The notes: generated by a model from the letters alone, not told the origin. Positions 21,435 through 31,747 are shown, counted from the first letter of the stretch. The stretch is DNA of 32,700 nt from Methanobacteriaceae archaeon (GCA_011620845.1 WOYJ01000029.1:1-32700); one strand, 5' to 3'. Made by a program: numbers and translations.

Positions 21435-22819
21435 GGGGACTGTCAAAAACTTGGGGTTTTTTTGAAATTTGTGTTTTTGGATAAATAATATTTTTTATCC
21501 GTGTTTAACTGATTATTTGGTGAAATTGAAACATAAAAGCTTTTATAATAAATGGAGCAAAGTATTAATCATGCGAATAGAAAAAATACTTGCTCCAGTT
21601 GATGGTCTGCTTGATCAGGGTTATAAACTTTCCTATTTTTGTGAAGGTTTATCGAAATATGAAGAAAATCATTTAAAATTAGTTGAAAAGAGATGTTAAT
21701 TATTTAAATCGTTGAATACATGGTATAAAAAGGGATGTTTTTCATATTGAGATGCGGGTTCCTTTTTGTCCGGAGTGTTTCAGTAAAATCTGTGATTAAA
21801 AAATGGATTTAAAGAACGAACCCTTAATTTTTACTATGAAGGAGTTATTAACACCAAGATTCAAATGTATAAGTGTAAAAAAATCTGGTAAAAAGTTTAA
21901 AACTGATATATCAGACATTGTAAACACTAATAATACTTTTACACATGAATTTCAAAGAAAAAAACATTGAATTAGCGGGTTTATTCTCCGGATCAATCCA
22001 TAAAATTGCCCTACAAAATGAAAAAAGACACCAAAAATCAGTATTTTCAAGACAAAACAATAGAAAACTGGATACTCGAATACAAAATCCCAAAAACAGA
22101 AACAAAAGATCGTTATTCTGGATATTACATCTTTGACGTGGAGTGGATTAAACTTAACGCTGTTTGGAATTACCGATTCACTTTTATTCGACAGCAAAAC
22201 AAAATATTATCGTAAATGATGAAATATACTCTGAAGAGAATTCCAAGAACATACAAGAGTTTTTAACTGAATCCACAAGGAATAAAAACAAAATAGCAAT
22301 AACCACAGACTTAGACGATAAATACAAACCAATCATCGAAGAATTAGGTTTCAAACACCAATGGTGTTTATTCCATGTATTTAAAAACATAAACAAGAAA
22401 AATTCAAGACTATGCACGAGATAAAGAACTATCTGATAATGATATAGACAAAATACGGCAAGAAAAAAAACTAGATTTATTCAGCTTATTCGACAGTAAA
22501 TCATTTAAAAAAGCTAGAAACAGGATGAACGAAATATTAAATCAAATCAGAGATTATTTCAAAGATTATTCAATCAATTACCATGGATTCATTAATACCT
22601 TACTTCAAAACGTTCTTCGCATACCTGCTAGATGCAAATATCGAACGAACATCAAATAAATTAGAAAACAAATTCCAAAAAACATTCCCTAAAAGCATCA
22701 AAAAGAATAATGAAGATTAAAAAAAGAAGGCGCAATGTCACGAATAAACATCAGAAAACAAATCCTAAACCAAAAAAAAAGTTTTCAACAACCAACCCCT
22801 CAAGTTTCTGACAAAGCCC
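21435..22819 (+). mobile_element. Degraded insertion sequence (~1.4 kb) with imperfect terminal inverted repeats; DDE transposase, tentatively ISH6/IS256-related
   Basis: Left end GGGGACTGTCAAAAACTTGGGG vs reverse complement of right end GGGCTTTGTCAGAAACTTGAGG; markedly AT-rich interior; no target duplication seen. Confidence 0.85.
21571..22790 (+). pseudogene. Transposase pseudogene with multiple frameshifts (end approximate)
   Basis: Fragments in alternating frames: CPECFS zinc knuckle, RQTIENWI-like HTH, YYIFDVEW, AITTD, HQWCLFH, IERTSNKLEN. Confidence 0.85.
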
Positions 22820-22894
22820 TAATTACAAAGTTTTTTAATCAATCCTATTACAAAGATATACAACATTCTATTCAATATAATAACGGTGATAAAA

Positions 22895-23860
22895 ATGAAC
22901 GGACCATGGGTTGAGAAATACCGGCCACAAACCTTAGACGAGGTGGTTGGTCAGGATCATATAATTCCAAGACTTAAAAGATACGTTGAAGAAGGCAACA
23001 TGCCTAACCTCATGTTCACCGGCCCAGCCGGGGTGGGTAAAACCACCACTGCCCTGGCACTGGCCAAAGAAATGCTGGGAGAGTACTGGAGACAGAACTT
23101 CTTAGAACTGAATGCCTCTGATGCCAGGGGTATCGACACCGTCCGGAACGATATCAAAAACTTCAGCCGGCTCAAGTCTGTGGGAGCGCCTTTCCGTATT
23201 ATATTCCTGGACGAGGTGGACAACATGACCAAGGACGCCCAGCACGCTCTGCGTAGGGAGATGGAGATGTATACCAAGACTTCATCGTTCATACTCAGCT
23301 GTAACTACTCCTCCAAGATAATAGACCCCATCCAATCCCGGTGCGCCATCTTCCGCTTCACACCCATCAAAGGATCACAGATAATTAAAAGGTTAAAAAT
23401 TATTGCCGAGGCAGAAAATGTCACCGCCACAGTCGGGGCCCTGGAGAGCATAGTATACTTCGCAGAGGGCGATATGAGGAGAGCTGTGAATATATTACAG
23501 GCCTCATCCACCATAGATAATCAGATCACCGAGGAAAGTGTCCATGAAGTAATCAGCAAGGCCAAGCCCCAGGATGTGCGTAAGATAATAAACAGCGCCC
23601 TGGATGGTAAGTTCATGGAAGCCCGGGACCTCCTCCGGGAAGTAATGGTGGTCGAGGGCACCAGCGGAGAGGACATGATCACCCAGATATACCAGGAAGT
23701 ATCTAAGATGACCATGGAAGGCCTCCTAGACCAGGAGACCTACATAGATTTAATTGAAAATATCGGTAAATTCGATTACCGTATCCGGGAGGGATCCAAT
23801 CCACGGATACAGCTCGAAGCTCTTTTAACTAAATTTTTACTCAAAGATAAACAATCTTAG
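22895..23860 (+). CDS. rfcS: Replication factor C small subunit (no intein)
   Basis: [44 protein letters not shown]. Confidence 0.96.
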   Translation: MNGPWVEKYRPQTLDEVVGQDHIIPRLKRYVEEGNMPNLMFTGPAGVGKTTTALALAKEMLGEYWRQNFLELNASDARGIDTVRNDIKNFSRLKSVGAPFRIIFLDEVDNMTKDAQHALRREMEMYTKTSSFILSCNYSSKIIDPIQSRCAIFRFTPIKGSQIIKRLKIIAEAENVTATVGALESIVYFAEGDMRRAVNILQASSTIDNQITEESVHEVISKAKPQDVRKIINSALDGKFMEARDLLREVMVVEGTSGEDMITQIYQEVSKMTMEGLLDQETYIDLIENIGKFDYRIREGSNPRIQLEALLTKFLLKDKQS

Positions 23861-23923
23861 GAAAAATTAAGAAGTGAAAATATTCTTAGAAAATTAAAAA
23901 TAACCATATAATGGTCATATCAA

Positions 23924-25435
23924 ATGTTGTGGACAGAAAAATACAACCCCAAAAATTTTGATGAAGTACTGGGCAACGCCAAGGCCAAAGATGAGATAGA
24001 AGGCTGGATCAACGCCTGGTTGGTTGGCGAGCACCCCAAACCACTCTTACTGGTGGGACCGCCAGGTACCGGGAAAACCACCCTGGCTCATCTCGCGGCG
24101 CAGGAATTCGCCGATTCCATTGAACTCAACGCCAGTGATAAAAGATCCTATGATATCCTTCTCCGGACCATAGGGGAAGCATCTGCCACTGGTTCTCTCT
24201 TCAATCAGGGTTTGAAGTTCATAATACTGGATGAAGTGGACGGAATACATGGGACAGATGACCGCGGCGGTGTAAGGGCTATATCCAAGATAATAAAGGA
24301 AGGGCACCATCCACTCATCATGATGGCCAACGACCCCTACAGTAAGAGGATTAAAAGCCTTAAAACCAAGTGTCAGGTCATAAACATCAAGAAGGTGCAT
24401 ACCAACAGTATCGTGGCCCTCCTGAAACGGATCTGTATTAAGGAGGGTGTTGATTTTGAGGATCATGTTTTAAGGACCCTGGCCAAACAATCCAAAGGAG
24501 ACATGAGATCGGCCATCAACGACCTGGAGATTATGGCCCGGGGGAAAAAAAGCATCACCTCTGCGGATCTGGAAGTGATCTCCAAGAAGGATGATATCCA
24601 CAACATCTTCGACTCAGTCAGGACCGTCCTGAAGAGTAAAAACCCCCAGCGTATAAGGGAAGCCATGCAGGTGGAAGCCGACCCGGCCTTTATACTGGAA
24701 CTCATCACCGAGAACGTTCCCCGGGAATACGAGAAGAAGGATGAAATCGAAGAAGCCTACGAGATGATCTCCCAGGCAGACACCTACTTGGGCCGGGCCT
24801 TCCAGACACGGAACTATGGATACTGGAAGTACACCTATGATTTAATGAGTTTAGGGGTGGCCCTGTCCAAGGATGAGACCTACCGGAAATTCGCCCGCTA
24901 CGCCAACTCTTCAGTTTACACTTTACTTTCAAAAAGCCGTGCCAAAAGAGACCTGATGGATAGGGTGGCGGATAAGATCGGTGAGAAAACCCACTCCTCC
25001 CGTAGGGTGGTGAGGGAGCAGTTCCCCTACTTGGAGATGATGTTCCAGGATAATGACCTGGCACGGAAACTGGCGGACTACTTCAACCTGGACGATGCTG
25101 AGGTCAAGCTCTTCCGTAGCAGGAAGATCCCTAAAAGGAAGAAAGCGAAGCCTAAAAAGTCCTCGCAGAAAGACACTGAAAATAAAGTGGAGAAAAAGGG
25201 ATCATCTGCTGTTGCCAAAAGGGAAGGTAAAAAGGAAAAAGAAGTAAAACCTCCAAAGTCTACTCCCCAGAAGACAAAATCCACTACTAAAAAATCAAAG
25301 CCATCTCAAAATAAAGACGCTAAGAATTTGGCCAAAGAAAAGGAAGCATCAAACCAGAAGAATTCTAATACCAGGGAAAAATCTTCAAATCCTGAGGATA
25401 AGGAAAAACAGGTTTCCTTGTTCAGTTTTAAATAA
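23924..25435 (+). CDS. rfcL: Replication factor C large subunit with C-terminal PIP box
   Basis: [37 protein letters not shown]; terminal QVSLFSF. Confidence 0.95.
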   Translation: MLWTEKYNPKNFDEVLGNAKAKDEIEGWINAWLVGEHPKPLLLVGPPGTGKTTLAHLAAQEFADSIELNASDKRSYDILLRTIGEASATGSLFNQGLKFIILDEVDGIHGTDDRGGVRAISKIIKEGHHPLIMMANDPYSKRIKSLKTKCQVINIKKVHTNSIVALLKRICIKEGVDFEDHVLRTLAKQSKGDMRSAINDLEIMARGKKSITSADLEVISKKDDIHNIFDSVRTVLKSKNPQRIREAMQVEADPAFILELITENVPREYEKKDEIEEAYEMISQADTYLGRAFQTRNYGYWKYTYDLMSLGVALSKDETYRKFARYANSSVYTLLSKSRAKRDLMDRVADKIGEKTHSSRRVVREQFPYLEMMFQDNDLARKLADYFNLDDAEVKLFRSRKIPKRKKAKPKKSSQKDTENKVEKKGSSAVAKREGKKEKEVKPPKSTPQKTKSTTKKSKPSQNKDAKNLAKEKEASNQKNSNTREKSSNPEDKEKQVSLFSFK

Positions 25436-25809
25436 CCATATTCCCATATAATATATGCCTAAATCCAGTAGAACGCACTTTTTCAATCATCGTGGTTCTC
25501 TTTAAACACCTTGAAGAATATGAATCTTTCTGAATAATAGTTCTCTTATTTCGACGCTTAAACTTTCAAATACGCTGGCATCAAACTGGGACAATCCTTT
25601 ACTGTAATTGATACCAGGCTATAGGTTAAATTTATCAGGTAGTAGTCATCTGTTTCTGTGCAGCTCACCCTACTGTGTACCGTGCTCTTCAGCATGTATC
25701 AATTCTTAAAGTTATCTATTCGTATGATCCCTCAAAGTATCCGTATGCATGCACATGTCATGCAAATAAACTATTAATAAATGAACATAGTGAAAATTAG
25801 ATCAATGAG

Positions 25810-25858
25810 TTTTTGGAATTTCTAGTTAATCGGGAGGTGGAACTAGATTTTCCAAAAA
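25810..25858 (-). terminator. 18-bp-arm inverted repeat, probable terminator or stabilising hairpin
   Basis: TTTTTGGAATTTCTAGTT, 13-nt loop, AACTAGATTTTCCAAAAA (16/18 paired), 14 nt past the stop at 25873. Confidence 0.55.
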
Positions 25859-25872
25859 TTATCCCTTTTCTA

Positions 25873-26544
25873 TTACTTTTGATTGGAAACAAAAAGAGCA
25901 GACTTCAACATATTCTCCCTGACTTCCGGGATATATTCTTCCAGGAATTCCAGTAGATCATTGGAAACCTTATCTTTAGGGAGAATATCACAGTTAAAAT
26001 CACGTTCACTGGCCCATGTCTCTATCCAGGAATCAGGGATATTTATCAGAGGATAAATCGTCTTTAAATCATTTGGTTTGTCTTTTAAAATGGTGGGCTC
26101 GATTTCCTCTCCCTGTAGCATCTGTTTGATTATATTTTTCACTTCCCCATCCAGGGTAAGGGGTGATGCCATTTTAACAACTTCACCGGGCCGGGCCAGT
26201 TCCAGATCATCACTGTAGGTAATCTCGATACCATATTTCCTTGTGTAGGGCTCTAATATTATATACAGGGCTGTGTTAGCACAGCTACTATTTTCTTCTA
26301 TGAATATCTTCTCCTTCGGATGTAGAGACTTGCTTAAAAGCCGGGAGGCCCGGATGCACATCTTCTGGAAAACCTTAGACCTTACCACCTTCCAGTCGGG
26401 GTGTTTCTCCAGGAATAACTCCTCCTTTTTACGGGAGAACCTGGAAAATTTAAGGTTATTGATGAGTATTGAATTATTATAAAGACTTATAAACTGGGTA
26501 TTAACTCCAATCATTCCCAGGAAGTCCAGGATCTCTTGACTCAT
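25873..26544 (-). CDS. Hypothetical protein resembling a degenerate TtcA/NcsA (PP-loop family) fold
   Basis: LTLDGEVKNIIKQMLQGE, IYPLINIPDSWIETWA and EFLEEYIPEVRENMLKSA resemble TtcA-family C-terminal segments; no SGGKDS. Confidence 0.7.
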   Translation of the reverse strand: MSQEILDFLGMIGVNTQFISLYNNSILINNLKFSRFSRKKEELFLEKHPDWKVVRSKVFQKMCIRASRLLSKSLHPKEKIFIEENSSCANTALYIILEPYTRKYGIEITYSDDLELARPGEVVKMASPLTLDGEVKNIIKQMLQGEEIEPTILKDKPNDLKTIYPLINIPDSWIETWASERDFNCDILPKDKVSNDLLEFLEEYIPEVRENMLKSALFVSNQK

Positions 26545-26623
26545 ATTTTCACTTATATACTATTATGTACGAGAATATAAATAAAAACATAAAATTTTAC
26601 TATCCTGAGAAGGTGGTGAACAG

Positions 26624-27886
26624 ATTAAGTCTTTAAAACGGAAGTTAGGGCTTTTTGAGGTTACCGTATCTGGTATAGGGATTATCCTGGGTGCCGGGAT
26701 TTACGCCCTTCTGGGAGAGGCCGCTCCCTTAGCAGGGAATGCCCTGTGGCTTTCATTTATCATATCGTCGGTTGTTGCTGCTTTTACTGCGTTAAGCTAT
26801 GGGGAACTTTCATCCATGTTTCCCAGTGCCGCTGCAGAGTATGAGTACGTTAAAAATGCCATAGGCCGGCGTGTTGCGTTTGTAATCGGCTGGCTCATTA
26901 TATTAAGTGCTGTCATCAGTTCTTCAGCGGTGGCCATAGGTTTCGGTAATTATCTGGCTGTGTTAGTTAACATACCCCCTATTGTTTCTGCCATTAGCCT
27001 CTTAGCAGTGCTTTCGTTACTTCTTTTCATCGGTATAAAGGAATCTGCCTGGGTGGCCATCATATTTACATCCATAGAGGCTCTTGGTCTTGTAATCATC
27101 TTCATTATTGGAGTACCCTACTGGGGGAGTGTTAACTACCTGGAGATGCCTTTGGGTATAAATGGAGTTATGGCTGCTGCGGCTTTGATCTTCTTCGCCT
27201 ACCTCGGCTTTGAAGAGATCGTTAAATTGTCTGAGGAGACCAACGAGCCCAACAGGAACATTCCACGGGCCATCATACTGGCCATGATTATCAGCACCGT
27301 TCTATACATTCTGGTGTCCTTTAGCTCAGTCAGCATACTTGGCTGGGAAATCCTGGCAAATTCACAGGCCCCCTTTTCCCAAATAGCAAATGCAGCCCTT
27401 GGGGCAAATGGAGGATTCTTACTTACCATAATAGCCCTGTTTGCAACCAGTAACACTGTCCTTTTACTGCTTTTAGCCGGTTCCCGGATAGTGTATGGCA
27501 TGTCCGAATTCCGCTCCCTCCCACGGGTCCTGGGTAAAGTTCATCCGCGGACAAGGACGCCCTGGGTTTCAATAGTGGTGATGGGCCTGGCTGCAGTTGT
27601 ATTTTTATTCGTGGGGAATCTGGAATTCCTGGCAAGCGCCAACAATTACACCTTATTTTTAAGTTTCATCTTCATCAATGCCTCTGTGCTGATCCTGAGG
27701 TACACTTCTCCGGAATTAAAACGGCCATTTAGGATACCCTTAAATATAAAAAATATACCTATATTATCAGTTTTTGGGCTCCTCACTTGTGTCGTACTTT
27801 TAACACAGCTCAATCTGGATGCAATTATCTTAGGAATAATTTTAACGGTTGTTGGGGTTGTACTGGCTTTTTTAAGTAGGGAATAA
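26624..27886 (+). CDS. APC family amino acid permease; probable ATT start
   Basis: Frame is open upstream of ATG 26816 and encodes LKRKLGLFE...GIILGAGIY...YGELSSMFP; FFAYLGFE and PRTRTPW motifs; GGTGGTGA RBS before ATT 26624. Confidence 0.88.
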   Translation: MKSLKRKLGLFEVTVSGIGIILGAGIYALLGEAAPLAGNALWLSFIISSVVAAFTALSYGELSSMFPSAAAEYEYVKNAIGRRVAFVIGWLIILSAVISSSAVAIGFGNYLAVLVNIPPIVSAISLLAVLSLLLFIGIKESAWVAIIFTSIEALGLVIIFIIGVPYWGSVNYLEMPLGINGVMAAAALIFFAYLGFEEIVKLSEETNEPNRNIPRAIILAMIISTVLYILVSFSSVSILGWEILANSQAPFSQIANAALGANGGFLLTIIALFATSNTVLLLLLAGSRIVYGMSEFRSLPRVLGKVHPRTRTPWVSIVVMGLAAVVFLFVGNLEFLASANNYTLFLSFIFINASVLILRYTSPELKRPFRIPLNIKNIPILSVFGLLTCVVLLTQLNLDAIILGIILTVVGVVLAFLSRE

Positions 27887-28004
27887 AACACAGTATTCTA
27901 CAGTAGAAAAAATGCTTCAATAACAAAAATCCAATAGCAAAATTTATTTTTTAGGGGAAAGTAAACTATTACTCAAGGAGATTTATTTTATCCAGGGGAT
28001 TTTT

Positions 28005-28940
28005 ATGCTTAAAATATTCGGCCGGAAGAAAGATAAAAAGAAGGATGAAAGGGAGTTACTTACCGTTGAATCCCCTGAACCAGTGGACTGCCTCTGCGAT
28101 TTCACCTTCAACTTTCACTGGCAGCATAAGGGAGAGAAGCTCGATCCTACTTGGAAAATCCCCCAAAACGACTTAACCTTCGGAGACCTGGTGGAACACC
28201 TAAAAAGTGGAGGAGATATACGTATAAATGGAGATGCTGGTCATAGGTTGGCCTCCAGTATGGGTGTGGACCTTAAGTACTTCGGTGGAAGTGGAAACGA
28301 CATACCGGTTGGTGACATCTACGTAGAGGGAGATTCCGACACCCGAATGGGGATCAGCATGGCCCGGGGCAATATCTACGTTAAAGGAGCAGTAAAAGAG
28401 CCCATGGGCAACCTGGTAGAGGTTAAATCAGATGTTAAAGGCTACCAGAAGTACAGATCGATTACGGACATCATGCACCAGGGCCTCCAGGGAGATAAAC
28501 TCGTATCATGCGATTTGGTGGGAAGTAAACTCGTAATCGATGACGGGACAGTCAAAGACACCGTCGGTGCCAGGTTAGACCGTGAGGTAGAGATAATCTT
28601 TCATGGCAAGGTGGATCTAAGCACCGGGATACTCATGAGGAAGGGCATCGTCCGGGTGAATGGCCCGGCCGGGAAAAACAGTGGAGCCCTGTTAAATGGG
28701 GGCACCCTGATCATCAACGGAAACACCGATGATTTCACCGCCATAGACATGATCAAGGGTAAAATAATAGTAAACGGTGATGCCGGTAAATTCCTGGCAG
28801 CCAACAAGAAAACCGGTGTCATATTCTCTAAAAAGGGACGTCCAATTCCACCTGTAAATGAAAAACCAGTATCCACTGAGGATAGAAATCTTCTTCTAGC
28901 TTACGGCTTCAATCCCCAAGGTTTCAGGAAGTTTGAATAG
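28005..28940 (+). CDS. Stand-alone GXGXG beta-helix protein (FwdC/GltB C-terminal-like)
   Basis: Repeats such as INGDAGHRLASSM, VEGDSDTRMGISMARG, VNGPAGKNSGALLNGG, VNGDAGKFLA. Confidence 0.82.
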   Translation: MLKIFGRKKDKKKDERELLTVESPEPVDCLCDFTFNFHWQHKGEKLDPTWKIPQNDLTFGDLVEHLKSGGDIRINGDAGHRLASSMGVDLKYFGGSGNDIPVGDIYVEGDSDTRMGISMARGNIYVKGAVKEPMGNLVEVKSDVKGYQKYRSITDIMHQGLQGDKLVSCDLVGSKLVIDDGTVKDTVGARLDREVEIIFHGKVDLSTGILMRKGIVRVNGPAGKNSGALLNGGTLIINGNTDDFTAIDMIKGKIIVNGDAGKFLAANKKTGVIFSKKGRPIPPVNEKPVSTEDRNLLLAYGFNPQGFRKFE

Positions 28941-28958
28941 ATCACGGAAGGTAAATAT

Positions 28959-29828
28959 TTAATTTTTGTGTTGACCTTCAAATCCCTTCTCCAGAACAAA
29001 AACTAGGATAAAACCTATTATCGCCATCACTACAACCGGCGCAACAGAATCCATACTGGCCACTGTTCTTTCATAGGGCAACCTCAACGTACCGATCATC
29101 AATCCCACAAGAAATGACATGGTAATGGATTTATGATGATTTAACATGTAATCCAGTGCTCTTGAAAAGGATAAAATCCCTATTAACGCACCTATTCCAA
29201 ACACAATAATTTCAGTAAACTGCATATTGTTTAAAACATTTATCATATATTCATATTGGTTTAGAAGAAGCAGGATAAATGCTCCGGAAATTCCAGGCAG
29301 TATCATGGCACATATGGCCACCATTCCCGAGAAAAATATCACCGGTAAGGAGTGGTTGGCCTGAATAGGGTTTAAACCAATGAAGATAATGGCAAATACA
29401 AACCCCAAGAGTAAAAATGCTACGTTTTTAACGTTTAAACCACCCACATGTTTGTAGACAAAAAATGCAGATGAAAATATTAAACCAAAGAAGAATGCAT
29501 ATGTTAACGCGGGATAATTAGCTAAAAGATATGATATCACCTTGGACATGGTTAAAATAGCTAAACCTATACCTAAAAGTAGAGGTATGAATAACCTGAA
29601 GTCTATTTCCTTTATAGCGTTTTCTTTAAATTTTTTAAATTTTCCCTCTACTAGGTACAACAGAAATTTAAAGTCGATACGACTTATGGCATGGATGAGT
29701 CTTTCATAGATGCCGGTGATCAATGCTATTGTTCCACCGGAAACACCGGGGATCACGTCTGCTGTTCCCATAAACAGCCCTCTTAAAAATATTAGAAAAG
29801 CTTCCAGGTTAATCTTGACAATTTTCAT
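28959..29828 (-). CDS. DUF368 family membrane protein (putative polyprenyl-phosphate translocase)
   Basis: Duplicated signature MGTADVIPGVSGGTIALITGIYE and ICAMILPGISGAFILLLL; GLMIGTL. Confidence 0.9.
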   Translation of the reverse strand: MKIVKINLEAFLIFLRGLFMGTADVIPGVSGGTIALITGIYERLIHAISRIDFKFLLYLVEGKFKKFKENAIKEIDFRLFIPLLLGIGLAILTMSKVISYLLANYPALTYAFFFGLIFSSAFFVYKHVGGLNVKNVAFLLLGFVFAIIFIGLNPIQANHSLPVIFFSGMVAICAMILPGISGAFILLLLNQYEYMINVLNNMQFTEIIVFGIGALIGILSFSRALDYMLNHHKSITMSFLVGLMIGTLRLPYERTVASMDSVAPVVVMAIIGFILVFVLEKGFEGQHKN

Positions 29829-29941
29829 TCGAGCACCATAACATATTTGAACAAAGTATTAAGTAAATCAGAAGATAAGATTGTTTTTTATCCTTAGAAT
29901 TATAATCCTTTTTTTATACTTTTAAATGTAGGTGGTTTAAT

Positions 29942-30550
29942 ATGGCTGGAATCATAGAAACAGTGACTAACTTCGCTATCTACTTAATTGAAGATCTGGG
30001 ATACTGGGGTGTTTTCATAGGCATGATCCTGGAAAGCGCGTGTATACCACTTCCCAGTGAAGTTATCATGCCCCTATCCGGTTTCGTCGTCTACAGGGGT
30101 GAGATGGGCCTCTTAGGAATTACCATCGTCGGTGCGGTGGGAAACCTCATAGGTTCCTGGATCGCCTATTTCGTAGGACTTAAAGGTGGAAGGCCCTTCC
30201 TGGAAAAATACGGTAAGTACGTGCTCATAAGCCCCGCGAAGCTGGATATGGCTCATGAATGGTTTAATAAATACGGCCATGAGGCGGTGCTTATAAGTCG
30301 GGTTCTGCCGATAATCAGAACTTTCATATCCCTACCTGCTGGTATAACGGAAATGGACCTGAAAAAGTTCACCATCTACACCTTCGTGGGTTCACTACCC
30401 TGGTGCTTTGTTTTAGCATACATGGGGTTTATGCTAGGACCAAACTGGAATATAATAGAGGAATACTTCCATTACATGGACATCGTCATGGTTATAGCAG
30501 TGGTTATCCTGGCAGTCTACCTGGTCCATAAGTACTGGCGGGATTACTAA
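29942..30550 (+). CDS. DedA family membrane protein
   Basis: LESACIPLPSEVIMP, GGRPFLEKYG, WFNKYG, SRVLPIIRTFISLPAG; AGGTGG RBS. Confidence 0.93.
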   Translation: MAGIIETVTNFAIYLIEDLGYWGVFIGMILESACIPLPSEVIMPLSGFVVYRGEMGLLGITIVGAVGNLIGSWIAYFVGLKGGRPFLEKYGKYVLISPAKLDMAHEWFNKYGHEAVLISRVLPIIRTFISLPAGITEMDLKKFTIYTFVGSLPWCFVLAYMGFMLGPNWNIIEEYFHYMDIVMVIAVVILAVYLVHKYWRDY

Positions 30551-30603
30551 ATACACAGACAACTCTAGAAATAATTAATTTTTCAGATTTAAGGAAAGAT
30601 AAA

Positions 30604-31568
30604 TTACACTTTGTTATTTTTCACCTTCAAATATAATTTCCAGTTTTCATCTACAGATATCACACGTCTAATCACCAAAAGCAGGAAAACTATCAGTACT
30701 TTAATCTTTATCACGTAAAAATTTGAAGGTGAAACATTGTAATAACCCCATATCAACATGAAAACCACCAGAGCGATCCATATCACGGGTGAAAAAATCA
30801 CATACTTTACTGGTTGCATCTCTACGGTCTAATTTACTAGTGTTAACACTTGCTATATTGCCCTGAAGGATTCCGGCAAGTCCTATTAGAACGTAGCACA
30901 ACACCCAACCAATGTCAGGCAACTGACCTGACATGTAAATTCCATTTGAAAATTGATAGGTGATACAAGATCTGATACAAATTGAACCAGAAGGGCCAGT
31001 GCCAATAGTATAATGGGATTTCTACCCCGGGATTTCTACCCCCCATTTATTTACTTGTTTCATTATCAAATTTACCAAAAGCATGAATATAACAAAATTT
31101 CGGATTATATAAAATGAAAAAATAGAAAATGCCGATGTAATCCCTTGTAACCACAGAAGATAGGGTGTTCCAGGAAATCCAAATGGCAGAAACCATTACA
31201 ATCAAGGCATCTAAAATAGTTTTGTAAATATTTTCAGGGCTATCAAGAGGCCTGAACAATAAAAACAGTCCTATTAAGAAAAATAAATAATACAGCAAAT
31301 AAAATATATCGGTGGCGGATGGAAAAGGTTGAACATGTAAAACAACCTCCATAAAAGCCCATATTGTATCTCCTATAACATAGAGCAGTAATGAGAATGC
31401 AATGAATAACCAGGCCAAATAAATACGTTTTCCATAAATTCTAGACCTCTTTGCAGCATATATTAAACATAAAAAGGAAAGAAATCCCACCAGAGGAATG
31501 ATAAAATCAAAGAATATAATATTAATTTCCATACTTTGATTAGTTAATAAAAAAAAGTACAAATCCAA
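30604..31568 (-). pseudogene. Decayed multi-TM input domain of a sensor (histidine-kinase-type) protein, several frameshifts
   Basis: Collinear fragments in different frames: AW.FIA...GDTIW...PFPSATDIFYL, PIILLALALLVQFVSD, TYQ...Y.SGQLPDIGW...IGLAGILQ, LIWGY...LVIRR...EN..LY. Confidence 0.72.
31015..31042. repeat. Perfect 14-bp tandem duplication inside the pseudogene
   Basis: GGGATTTCTACCCC twice. Confidence 0.9.
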
Positions 31569-31747
31569 TTATCAAAGATGCACCAAAAATTGAAGCAGTT
31601 TTAAAGGAAATAAATTCTCTTTCTGGACCTGGTAAATTATTCATGAATTTCCTTGAACTTAATCACATAAAAAAATAGATTTATTCGTCAGAAAAATTTA
31701 TATAGGACATCAGATATTATGAATGTGAACATTTAGGTGATAAAAAA

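Noticed and set aside
21469..22424. Six small ORFs as independent genes (e.g. toxin-antitoxin)
   Set aside because: Plus-strand ones are consecutive transposase fragments; minus-strand ones are their shadows
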